Shown here one piece after another: positions 45,265 through 54,116 of a DNA stretch of 64,000 nucleotides. How positions within the stretch are numbered: the stretch's first letter is position 1; the number at the start of each line of letters is the position of its first letter. The DNA is taken from the NCBI GenBank assembly GCA_046538155.1, contig JBKHJL010000001.1, forward strand, positions 426 through 64,425, in the 5' to 3' direction. Both the position numbers and the translations under genes were made by a program. Under the pieces are notes generated by a model that did not search any database, had not been told where the DNA came from, and saw only the letters and a program-made list of their open reading frames with translations. The stretch comes from Candidatus Micrarchaeia archaeon. GTDB taxonomy: Archaea; Micrarchaeota; Micrarchaeia; Anstonellales; Bilamarchaeaceae.

Positions 45265-45743
45265 ACTATTTCTATTTTTTTCAGCATTTTTTTTGCAAAG
45301 TCCCGGGCTTCTGAGAGGTCTTCCTCGTTGGGCCTTCCCCGGTTTTTTAGGGAGAATTCCTGGCCCGGACAGTCCCATTTCCCGAGAACCCCTATCCCTT
45401 TCTTTTCAAGCAGCTCCTCCATTTTTTCAAGGTATTTTTTTCCGCTCCCCCCTGATGTCCCGAATATTGCAGCGTGCCTGTCTTCTGCGGGCTCAATCCC
45501 TTCAATGAATTCAACCATCGCCTTGCCGGGCCCGGAGAGGTAATTCCCACTGCCCACAAAAAGGAGGTCGCATTTTTTCATATTATATCCGCTTCCTACG
45601 GCTTCTGCTTCAAGCGCTTCGGTATTCATCTCATCTGCTATCGCTTCCGCAACCTTCCTTGTGTTTCCGCTTTTTGAAAAATAGAAAACCCTTACCCTGG
45701 TTTTTTGAAGCTGCCCTCCAACCATCAGATCAATCCTCTTCAT
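45261..45743 (-). CDS. flavodoxin-like FMN-binding protein
   Basis: RVFYFSKSGNTRKVAEAIA (flavodoxin T/SxTGNT phosphate-binding loop) and a 160-aa length. Confidence 0.7.
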   Translation of the reverse strand: MKRIDLMVGGQLQKTRVRVFYFSKSGNTRKVAEAIADEMNTEALEAEAVGSGYNMKKCDLLFVGSGNYLSGPGKAMVEFIEGIEPAEDRHAAIFGTSGGSGKKYLEKMEELLEKKGIGVLGKWDCPGQEFSLKNRGRPNEEDLSEARDFAKKMLKKIEIV

Positions 45744-46737
45744 CCATATTTATATAGAATTCTTTTAGAACAGTAGGAGTGTATTTGTGGAGATATTCTG
45801 CATGGTAATCCCCGGTGCCCCCGGTCACCTTGAACCAGATAAATCCTGTTTCTGTTTTCCCTGCACCTATCTTATCCCACTGGAAGAGGTCCGCAACAAC
45901 GCACCCCTCAGGCCTGTTTATCCCTGTTCTCCTCTCATCGCAGAATACCTTTAAGTTATAAGGGGTTATTTCAAGGTCTTCCGCACCCCTGTTCTCCACT
46001 GTTAGCCGGACCCGCATATAGAGTCCGTCATCGCAGTTTTTCTCGTCCGCGTCCTCTAACACCATGGTGAGGTTCTCTTCAACGGGGATTTCGTCGTTTA
46101 TTGAGTATTCCACTGAAGTGGGGTCAAAGCACTCCCTGTCTCTGAGCAGTTCCCATGGATGGCATCCGCAAAGTGGGGGGTTCATCACCAGTTCGTAGTC
46201 CTTGTTGCAGTAAAGAGGGGGATTCTCTCCAGAACATTCCCCTTTCAGGGTGCCGTCTTCGCAGGCGTTCCTGCAGGTTGTATTATACGCATCATATCCT
46301 TCCGGGCACCCGCAAAGGTCTGCGCGCTCCTCAAGCGCAGCATTTGAGTTGCAGTAATATGGCTTTTCTTCTGAACATTCCCCTATTTTTGTCCCGTCTT
46401 CACATTCAAAAATGCACGTTTTCCCCCGTTTCACAGAATTATCAGGACATCCGCAGATGTCCGCACTATCCACCAGGTTCCTGTACTTGTCGCATATTTT
46501 TGGCTGGTTTTCCGAGCATTCCCCTACCGGAGTCCCATCACTGCAATGGGTTACCTCTGGTTCTTCCCCTGTCTGGTTTTCCCCGGGAATCTCTTCTTCT
46601 GCCCCATCACTTTCCCCTATCTCCCCTTCCTCCGGGAGTTCCTCTTCCGAGACTCCGGTTTCCCCGTTTTCTTCTGAAGGGCACCCGAAACCCAGGAACA
46701 GGATTCCCGCAATAAAAAGCAAAAGCATCATTTTCAT
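45730..46737 (-). CDS. secreted/lipoprotein-like protein with three ~47-aa Cys-rich repeats (second repeat family) plus C-terminal beta-rich domain
   Basis: Signal plus LGFGCPSEE. The repeats are CSDGTPVGECSENQPKICDK...CGCPDNSVKRGKTCIFE, CEDGTKIGECSEEKPYYCNS...CGCPEGYDAYNTTCRNA and CEDGTLKGECSGENPPLYCNK...CGCHPWELLRDRECFD. Confidence 0.7.
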   Translation of the reverse strand: MKMMLLLFIAGILFLGFGCPSEENGETGVSEEELPEEGEIGESDGAEEEIPGENQTGEEPEVTHCSDGTPVGECSENQPKICDKYRNLVDSADICGCPDNSVKRGKTCIFECEDGTKIGECSEEKPYYCNSNAALEERADLCGCPEGYDAYNTTCRNACEDGTLKGECSGENPPLYCNKDYELVMNPPLCGCHPWELLRDRECFDPTSVEYSINDEIPVEENLTMVLEDADEKNCDDGLYMRVRLTVENRGAEDLEITPYNLKVFCDERRTGINRPEGCVVADLFQWDKIGAGKTETGFIWFKVTGGTGDYHAEYLHKYTPTVLKEFYINMDEED

Positions 46738-46835
46738 GTTTTACACATTAATGCGGTCTTTTTTTATGCGCTTCGCAACCCACCGGAAACCACCCCTGGC
46801 TTCCTTTTTATGTTTTTTTCTATAACATTATCCTG

Positions 46836-49127
46836 ATGATAAATTCTCTTTCCCTGAAGAACTGGAGAACGCATAAGGATACCAGTTTAGAGTTTGGCAG
46901 GGGTACAAACCTCATAATAGGGATAATGGGCAGCGGAAAAAGCGGCGCGCTGAATGGTCTCAGCTATGCCCTGTTTGGCGCTTTTCCTGCCCTCAAAAGG
47001 AGGGAAACTTCTGCAGGAGACGTAATTATGCATGGGGAGGAAGAGGCGCAGGTCGGGCTTTGCTTTGCCCAGGGCGGAAAAAAATACAGGATACGTCGCA
47101 TATTAAGGAAAAAAGGAAACAAGCTTTCTGCCGCAGCAAAGCTTTATGAGGGAGAAAATGTGCTAGAGACCGGCCAGGCCAGGGTAAATGAGGCGGTCTC
47201 TTCCCTGCTGGGGATGGATTATGACCTGTTTACCCGGGCAGTTTATTCTGAACAGAACAATATAGATTATTTCCTTACCATTGACCCGGGAAGAAGGAAA
47301 AAAGAAATGGACCGGCTCCTCGGGCTGAACCGTTTTGAGACTGCCCGGGCAAACTCTGTTTACATTCTCAACAGGGTTTCCGGAGAGGCGGAATCTGCCT
47401 CTTCCCTATATAATCCGGAAGAACACGAATCACGCAAAAAAGAGTATGCTGAAAAGACAGAAAGGCTTTCATTCCTGAGTGAAGAGAAGCAAAGCGCAGA
47501 AAAATCCCTTTCCGCACTCAGGGAACAGATAGCCCCGCTTCAAAAGTCCGTTTCCACATTTGAAAAAGCAAGAAAGGAAAGGGAAGCCGCACGGAACCTG
47601 CTGGAGCGTTCCAGGGCCCGCCTTGAACAGCTCTCTTCTGAGTTGGATGGAAAGAGCCCTTCCAGGGAATCCCTCTCATTCCGCAGGGAAAAACTGGCCG
47701 ACCTTTCAAAACACAGGGAAAAACTGGGCTCTGAGATACACACCCTGGGGGAGGAATCTTCTGCGTTTGCCAGCCAGCTTGGGCGGGTTTCTGCACTGCT
47801 GGAATCTGCCAAAAGCTCTTCTGATTCACTTTGTTCACTCAAAAAAGAGATCGCAGGATTCAAAAGCCAAAAGGATTTGAAGGCATCTGCTGAGAAAATG
47901 GAGGAGCAGCTTGTTTCTTTCTCTTCCAGGTCTGAATCAACTATAAATGAAATATCAGAGCTTGAGGAGTCTGCGGCTGCTCTGCACCCGGAGCAATCAG
48001 AATGCCCGCTTTGCGGTTCAGGCCTCCCCCCTGAAAAAAAACAGCGGATACTCCTGGATAAAAAGCGCAAAATAGAAAAAAGAAAACACGAGCTTTCAGA
48101 ACTCAAAAAAGCCATTCCAAAAGCAAGGGAGGAGCTTTATGCACTGAAGAAATTGCTTCGCAGGCTTGAGCAGTTGCAGGAGAAACTTCCGGAACTCAGG
48201 TCCAGGGCGGAGTCCCTTCCTGAACTTGAAAATAAGAAATCTTCACTTGAAAAGAAACTCTTTGAATCCAGGTCTAGGCAAAAAGCCCTCCATGAAAGGA
48301 GGGAGCGGCTTGAGCAGGAGCATTCCAGGGTCCTCCTGGAGTACCGGGAGGAGGAATCCCTCCTCCGCAAGCAGGAAGCCCTGAAGGCACGGGAGGAAGA
48401 ATGCAGGAAGGCGAAGACCGCCCTCGATTCAATCAGATTCAGCGAAACAGAGCTTGAAAATGCAAGAAATTCCCTTGAAGAAGCCCGCATAAGGGAGGAG
48501 CGCACCACCTCCCGCCTTGAAATGCTTAAGAAGGAGAAGGAAGCTTCCGGAGAGATGATTTCCGTTTTGCAGGATCGCATCAGGAAAATGGAAAATGCAA
48601 AAGAGCAGGCAGCCCATCTGCAGGGCCTAAAACAGGACCTTATCCTATACAAAAACTCACTTCTTGATTTGCAGAGCGAACTGCGCTCTGAGCTTACTGA
48701 AACAATAAGCTCTGCAATGAACGAGATATGGCCGGTAATCTACCCTTATGCGGATTACGGGAAAATCAGGCTGGGAGCTACGGAGAAGGATTACTTCTTT
48801 GAAGTATATGATGGAGAATGGAGGCGCCTGGAGAAAGTGGCATCAGGAGGAGAGCGTGCCTGCCTTTCCCTCACCCTGCGGATTGCGCTCTCAACCGTGC
48901 TTACTCCCGGAGTCGGGTGGATGATGCTTGATGAGCCGACCCATAATCTTGACAGGGATGCTGTCCATGCGCTTTCTGAAGCCCTTGAGAATAAGGTGCC
49001 GCAGATAATCCCCCAGTCATTTGTGATAACCCATGAAGAGGATTTAATCAGCTCCGGTTTTGCAAGGAGCTACAAATTCTCAAGGGACAAGGAAAGCCTT
49101 GGGCCTACGGTTGTTGAGAACCTCTAG
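46836..49127 (+). CDS. rad50: Rad50/SbcC-family DNA repair ATPase
   Basis: Walker A GIMGSGKSG, a long coiled coil with the zinc-hook CPLCGS at its centre, ABC signature SGGERA, Walker B/D-loop MMLDEPTHNLD and an H-loop (ITHE). 763 aa. Confidence 0.85.
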   Translation: MINSLSLKNWRTHKDTSLEFGRGTNLIIGIMGSGKSGALNGLSYALFGAFPALKRRETSAGDVIMHGEEEAQVGLCFAQGGKKYRIRRILRKKGNKLSAAAKLYEGENVLETGQARVNEAVSSLLGMDYDLFTRAVYSEQNNIDYFLTIDPGRRKKEMDRLLGLNRFETARANSVYILNRVSGEAESASSLYNPEEHESRKKEYAEKTERLSFLSEEKQSAEKSLSALREQIAPLQKSVSTFEKARKEREAARNLLERSRARLEQLSSELDGKSPSRESLSFRREKLADLSKHREKLGSEIHTLGEESSAFASQLGRVSALLESAKSSSDSLCSLKKEIAGFKSQKDLKASAEKMEEQLVSFSSRSESTINEISELEESAAALHPEQSECPLCGSGLPPEKKQRILLDKKRKIEKRKHELSELKKAIPKAREELYALKKLLRRLEQLQEKLPELRSRAESLPELENKKSSLEKKLFESRSRQKALHERRERLEQEHSRVLLEYREEESLLRKQEALKAREEECRKAKTALDSIRFSETELENARNSLEEARIREERTTSRLEMLKKEKEASGEMISVLQDRIRKMENAKEQAAHLQGLKQDLILYKNSLLDLQSELRSELTETISSAMNEIWPVIYPYADYGKIRLGATEKDYFFEVYDGEWRRLEKVASGGERACLSLTLRIALSTVLTPGVGWMMLDEPTHNLDRDAVHALSEALENKVPQIIPQSFVITHEEDLISSGFARSYKFSRDKESLGPTVVENL

Positions 49128-49230
49128 ATGGCACTCTGGACAATCTTAATAAATATCCCACAGTAATCTAGATGTGTGGTTTCCATGGATTACACTTATG
49201 TGGGTTTGAAGGGAAAAAAATTCCAAGAGG

Positions 49231-49542
49231 TTGTTCCGGGCTGCAGTTTTTGCAATTTTATCTGCATTTTTCATTTTTGCAGCAGTTATGATGTCAGGGG
49301 ACATTAGAGATTTTGTCACCTATCTTTTTGTGGTTGGTATAGCATTAATCACTTTAGCTGCTGCATATACAGAATTCACTTGGAATGTTTCTTATCTGGT
49401 TACGGAAAAGGGGTTGGTTATGACCCGCCCGATCCTACATCGCAAAGTTTTGCCGTACGCACAGGTGCATGAGGCGAAACAGCTCAGTGCTAAGGAGGCT
49501 AGGGAGATTTTAACGGAGCGCTGGAACGAAATCCATAAATAA
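49231..49542 (+). CDS. small two-TM membrane protein
   Basis: 103 aa. Two N-terminal TM helices and a short charged tail. Confidence 0.4.
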   Translation: MFRAAVFAILSAFFIFAAVMMSGDIRDFVTYLFVVGIALITLAAAYTEFTWNVSYLVTEKGLVMTRPILHRKVLPYAQVHEAKQLSAKEAREILTERWNEIHK

Positions 49543-49572
49543 GATATCAAAGAAACAACCATCGAAAGTCCG

Positions 49573-49869
49573 GTGGGAGATATCAATGCCCGTTACAAAA
49601 ATCCTTCAACCCCTGACAGAACGATGAAAGACATGAAGCTTAAGATGGTCGGGAATTATTCCAGCCTCCCTATCCGGTTTGGGCAAAGCAAAAAGCGCAA
49701 ACTTTCCTCTTGGAAACTGCACCTGGATGTTCCTGAGTCAACATATGTCTATCTATCAGTTGAAGAGGGTGATTTTGGCAGCATGGAATACCTGCTCAGC
49801 CCAGATAACCCAAAGGAGTTTTTGGGCAAGCTGAAAGAGCACATAAAAATAACCCAAAGGCGTAGATAG
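49573..49869 (+). CDS. hypothetical small protein
   Basis: 98 aa with no motif. Confidence 0.3.
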   Translation: MGDINARYKNPSTPDRTMKDMKLKMVGNYSSLPIRFGQSKKRKLSSWKLHLDVPESTYVYLSVEEGDFGSMEYLLSPDNPKEFLGKLKEHIKITQRRR

Positions 49870-49954
49870 CCTTTTACATAACACCTGCCCCAAGGCCCCG
49901 TCTTCTCCATCTTAATGAAAATAAATAAAAATTACTCCTCTCTATCATTATGCA

Positions 49955-50902
49955 ATGGATATCTTTGCAATATCACTCACAGTCCTGGGGCTCATTTTCT
50001 TCGAGACCATTACCAGCCTGGACAATGCAGTGATAAATGCAGAAATCCTCTCAAAGATGAGCGAGAGGGCGAAGAGATGGTTCCTCCTCTGGGGAATCCT
50101 GATAGCCGTTTTCGCGATAAGGGGGCTCCTGCCAGCGGCAATCGTCTGGGTTGCGAACCCAAGCTTTACTCTGGAGGACGTTTTTGTCGCAACCCTTTCC
50201 AGCGACCCCGAGGTTGTAGAAGCAATGGAGGCCAGCGGCCCCATATTGCTTATTGCCGGAGGAATATTCCTGATTTTCCTGTTTTTCCACTGGCTGTTTC
50301 TGGAGCCAAAGCATTTTGGGCTGCCCACTGAAAAGTTTTTCCGAAAACAGGGGGTGTGGTTCTTTGCAGTGGTATCCATACTTCTCACTTACATAACCTG
50401 GCACGCAATAAACCTGGACCCCCTTCTTGCATTTGGTGCAGTGGTCGGCTCAACCGCCTTCTTCATCGTCCATGGGTTCAAGCAGAATGCGGAACTGCAG
50501 GAATCAAAGCTCAGGAAAGGCTCCCAGAAGATGACAGACCTCAGCAGACTGATGTACCTGGAGGTAATTGACGCCACCTTTTCAATAGATGGTGTGGTAG
50601 GGGCATTCGCATTCACTTTTGCCGTCCCCCTTATACTTCTTGGAAACGGAGTGGGAGCATTTGTGGTCAGGGAACTCACGATCCGCAATATTGAAAATGT
50701 AAAGAAATATGTTTTCCTGAAAAACGGGGCAATGTATTCCATATTCTTCCTGGGAACTATAATGGTTCTTGAGAGCTTTGGAATGCACATACCATCCTGG
50801 TTCTCCCCGATAATCACTTTCTCAGTAGTCGGTTTCTTCTTCTGGAAGTCCATATGCAGGCTTAACGGGGAGAAGAACGGGAAGTCAAAAAATAAGGATT
50901 AG
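49955..50902 (+). CDS. TerC/DUF475-family integral membrane protein
   Basis: N-terminal TITSLDNAVINAEIL motif (TerC-family SLDN) and about 8 TM helices. Confidence 0.65.
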   Translation: MDIFAISLTVLGLIFFETITSLDNAVINAEILSKMSERAKRWFLLWGILIAVFAIRGLLPAAIVWVANPSFTLEDVFVATLSSDPEVVEAMEASGPILLIAGGIFLIFLFFHWLFLEPKHFGLPTEKFFRKQGVWFFAVVSILLTYITWHAINLDPLLAFGAVVGSTAFFIVHGFKQNAELQESKLRKGSQKMTDLSRLMYLEVIDATFSIDGVVGAFAFTFAVPLILLGNGVGAFVVRELTIRNIENVKKYVFLKNGAMYSIFFLGTIMVLESFGMHIPSWFSPIITFSVVGFFFWKSICRLNGEKNGKSKNKD

Positions 50903-53280
50903 AACCAGTCTCCAAGCCCCTTCTGCTTCCCCCCATGCTTCAATTCATATTCATCGTACCCAAGCTCCTTGAGTATCTTCATCACAGAAGGCAAAACCTG
51001 GTTATCTATATAATACTGGGGGTCGTAATTTTCAGCGAACTCAGCAAGCTCTGCTTTGTCCGAAATGCTTTTTCCCTTCTGGGTAATAACATACGAAATT
51101 ATGCTTCCCCTGCCTATTTTCCTGCCCCTTTCCATTGCTTTTTGGGCTGCAGACAGCTCAGGCGATTTGATGTCATAGTTTTTGGGGTCTTTTTTCAGCT
51201 GGGTGTAGATGGATACTTTTTCCATTGGCATTTTGCCCTTTTTCAGCTCTTCTATGACCTCCTTGACTATTTCAACCGCCTTCTGCTTCCTTCCTTCCTT
51301 TAGGATGGCCTCCAGCACCTTCCTCTGGGTTTCCCTTGCAACAGCAGACCAGTCACGCCGAACCAGCTCAAAACCCTTAATCTTGATGCTTCCATCCTCG
51401 GAAAGCATTGCATATTTCTTCTTTGCGCCGGTGGCCTCTTTCTGGTGTTTTTTGCTGACAAAAACCCCCCGGCTATAGAAGTCCTCCAGCTCCAGCTCCA
51501 TCTTCTCCGGGAGCTCGGAATTTATTTCTTCCAGGAACTCAAGTGCCTCCTCTTTGGTCCTGTCTCCAAGCAGCAGAAAAACGGAGTCTGTATCCATGTA
51601 TAATACGCGAAATCCTGCTTTCTCCGCCTTTTTTTCAAGTTCCTTTATGTGCTGGCGGCCCCATGAAGTAACGCTCTCTGCACAGTTTCTGTTGTACCAC
51701 CTTGAGCGCGCATACCCCAGGTACCCGTAGAACGAGTTTGCCAGGATTTTAAGCGCATAGCTCCTTGCATATGCCTGGTTGTAGGCAGCAGAGCCCTTCT
51801 CCATCTCCTTCAGCCGTTTTTTTATTTTTGCCCGCCTGCCCATAAGCCGTTCCAAAACCCCCGGAATCAGCCCCACAGGCTCCTTCAGGAACTTCGCCCC
51901 GGTAGGGGATTCAAAGCTATCTCCTTCCCTGTCCAGCCTGTCCGGGTCTATATTATATGAGCAGATTATGCTCGGGTACAGGCCCCGGAAGTCAAAGACC
52001 ACAATGTCATCGTAAATCCCGGGCTCGGGAAGTTTTACATATGCTCCTTTAATCGGATTCTTGGCCCTTGCATTGACCGCCGAGCCGCTGGGCTTGGGAG
52101 GTATTACGATGTTTTTCTCTACCGCCTCGCTCATGAGGAGCGATTCCACCAGCTGCCCCGAAGTAGAATAAGCAACATCAAAAAGCGGGAGCCGGGTTAT
52201 CTCGCTAAGTTCCATTTGTATGGGCAGTAGGTGCTTCCCTATTTCATGTGTGCACACTGCATCTGCAAGCGAATACTCTGAAAGCTCTCCAAGTTCCCCG
52301 TTATCCCACATCTTCCAGATGTCGCTCCTTTCCACCATCTTCTTTTTCTTCCCGGTTATTGCAGAATATACGTTTTTGAGGGTATAGTCCCCGCTCTGTA
52401 TCATCCCTGTGAACCCGAAAAACCGCACGGAAGGGTAAAGGTCTATATGCACCCTCCCCCGGATTTTAAGGGGGTTCAGGAGCCCTTTTTTTGTTTTCCT
52501 GTAAGATGAGCCGTCCCTGCTCAGCGGAAGCTCTATTTTGTTTCTTTTTGCCCTTTCCAGCAGATAGGGGAGATCGAAGTTGGTGCTGTTGTAGGCCATC
52601 AGCACATCCACATCCTTTTCTTCCAACAGCGAACAAAATCCCTCAATCATCTCTTTTTCTCCGTCCAGGGTATGCACAAATTCTTTCCCCGGGACATCTT
52701 TGTAGGTAAGCACCCCGCCTTCATCATCTGTGGCATAGCTTACCATAAGTGCGGGGTCTTTTGACTCCCTGGACGCCCCCTCAGGATTATATGTTTCAAT
52801 ATCAAAGGAAAGGCCCTGGAGCAGATGGCCCCCGTTCCCCTCTGAACCCAGGAATTTTTTTATGAACCTCCCTTCTCTTTCATACTTTATTATAGAGAGC
52901 GGAACAAGCCCCAAATCCATCAAAAAGCGCCTTCCGAACGGGATGCTGTATTCATAGCAGGCGAACTCTATTTTGTCTTCAAGCAGGGGCACATCCCTCG
53001 GGGCTTTGCAGTATATCTTCAGCATTTGCCTTGTTTCGCCATTGAGTGTCCTTTTTACCGGCTCAACTTTCTTCGGAGAAACTATTTCCCCGTCTCTTGC
53101 CTTGGCAATTGTGCCCTCTATCTCTTTCCGGGCTTCAGGAGGGGCATAAGCATAGAAATAGGGGTTGTATTTGTAGTAAAGTGCAGAGGCCCGCCTTCCT
53201 TTTACTTCCAGCCTTGCATAGGTCTGGCCCTTCCTTAGGATATAGTCAATATTGAGCAGAACGCCTTTCTTTCTCACCAT
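50899..53280 (-). CDS. polB: family B DNA polymerase
   Basis: Exo I FDIET, the polymerase motif C YMDTDSVF (YxDTDS), motif A and KxxxNSxYG motif B (KILANSFYGYLGY). 793 aa. Confidence 0.9.
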   Translation of the reverse strand: MVRKKGVLLNIDYILRKGQTYARLEVKGRRASALYYKYNPYFYAYAPPEARKEIEGTIAKARDGEIVSPKKVEPVKRTLNGETRQMLKIYCKAPRDVPLLEDKIEFACYEYSIPFGRRFLMDLGLVPLSIIKYEREGRFIKKFLGSEGNGGHLLQGLSFDIETYNPEGASRESKDPALMVSYATDDEGGVLTYKDVPGKEFVHTLDGEKEMIEGFCSLLEEKDVDVLMAYNSTNFDLPYLLERAKRNKIELPLSRDGSSYRKTKKGLLNPLKIRGRVHIDLYPSVRFFGFTGMIQSGDYTLKNVYSAITGKKKKMVERSDIWKMWDNGELGELSEYSLADAVCTHEIGKHLLPIQMELSEITRLPLFDVAYSTSGQLVESLLMSEAVEKNIVIPPKPSGSAVNARAKNPIKGAYVKLPEPGIYDDIVVFDFRGLYPSIICSYNIDPDRLDREGDSFESPTGAKFLKEPVGLIPGVLERLMGRRAKIKKRLKEMEKGSAAYNQAYARSYALKILANSFYGYLGYARSRWYNRNCAESVTSWGRQHIKELEKKAEKAGFRVLYMDTDSVFLLLGDRTKEEALEFLEEINSELPEKMELELEDFYSRGVFVSKKHQKEATGAKKKYAMLSEDGSIKIKGFELVRRDWSAVARETQRKVLEAILKEGRKQKAVEIVKEVIEELKKGKMPMEKVSIYTQLKKDPKNYDIKSPELSAAQKAMERGRKIGRGSIISYVITQKGKSISDKAELAEFAENYDPQYYIDNQVLPSVMKILKELGYDEYELKHGGKQKGLGDWF

Positions 53281-53310
53281 CTGGAAGAATAAGGAAGAAA
53301 AAGGTTAAAT

Positions 53311-54060
53311 TCAATAGCTATTCTTTCTGAGCACAAGCTCCTTTTCAATAAGCTCGGAAACCACTTCCCGCGGTATGAATCTTCTTCCGCTTATTTTTAC
53401 ATGGGGAACGCGGTTCCTGTCGAGCCTCCTCTCAAATGCATTTCTTTTTATTTCCACGTTCCTCTGGTGGAGTTCCTTCAGTGCCTCGCTCACAGAGTAG
53501 TATTTTTTTGCAACGTGGTTGAGGGAGTCTATTGCCTCCTTTGGTATCAGCCTTTTTGTGCCTATTTTTATTGAGGGGATAGAATTCTTCTCTACCCTGC
53601 CGATGAAGGCACGGTAGTTGATGTTCTTATTATGCTTCTTGTATTTTTCATATGCTTTGCGCACACTGTAGAATCTGTTTCCTAGTTCCAGCATGTCTTC
53701 AAGGGACTGCACCGGAATGTAGCGCTTTTTTCCTATTTTTACCGAGGGTATGCTGCGCCTTTCTATCCTTCCGCCAAATGCCCTGAATGAGATATCCATG
53801 CCCTTTGACCTTAGGAATTCATATGAATCCTGTATTGAGTAAAGACCCCCTTTCTTCAGGGCCTCATCGTTGAGTTTTTTCCGTGAATTCATCTCTTTGG
53901 CCGCTTCCATGACTTCTTCTATGGAGCTGGAAAGCTGATTTTCAACTTCGGCCCTTTCTTCTTCTATTTCTCCCATGTCCAGAAACCTGAAGTTGTCTAC
54001 CTTGTTGTCGTCAATCTTTTTGTTAATAACGATTCTTCTTCCCCTCGGCACATTTTTCAC
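53311..54060 (-). CDS. protein built of three tandem excisionase-type (HTH_17-like) repeats
   Basis: Three ~45-aa repeats: ...ISFRAFGGRIERRSIPSVKIGKKRYIPVQSLEDM, ...INYRAFIGRVEKNSIPSIKIGTKRLIPKEAIDSL and ...VEIKRNAFERRLDRNRVPHVKISGRRFIPREVVSEL. The KIGxxRxIP core resembles excisionase/MerR-type HTH. Confidence 0.55.
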   Translation of the reverse strand: MKNVPRGRRIVINKKIDDNKVDNFRFLDMGEIEEERAEVENQLSSSIEEVMEAAKEMNSRKKLNDEALKKGGLYSIQDSYEFLRSKGMDISFRAFGGRIERRSIPSVKIGKKRYIPVQSLEDMLELGNRFYSVRKAYEKYKKHNKNINYRAFIGRVEKNSIPSIKIGTKRLIPKEAIDSLNHVAKKYYSVSEALKELHQRNVEIKRNAFERRLDRNRVPHVKISGRRFIPREVVSELIEKELVLRKNSY

Positions 54061-54116
54061 CTTTTTCCGTTTTTATTCACAGTATAATTACGTCTAACAG
54101 ATTTATAAACCTATCG

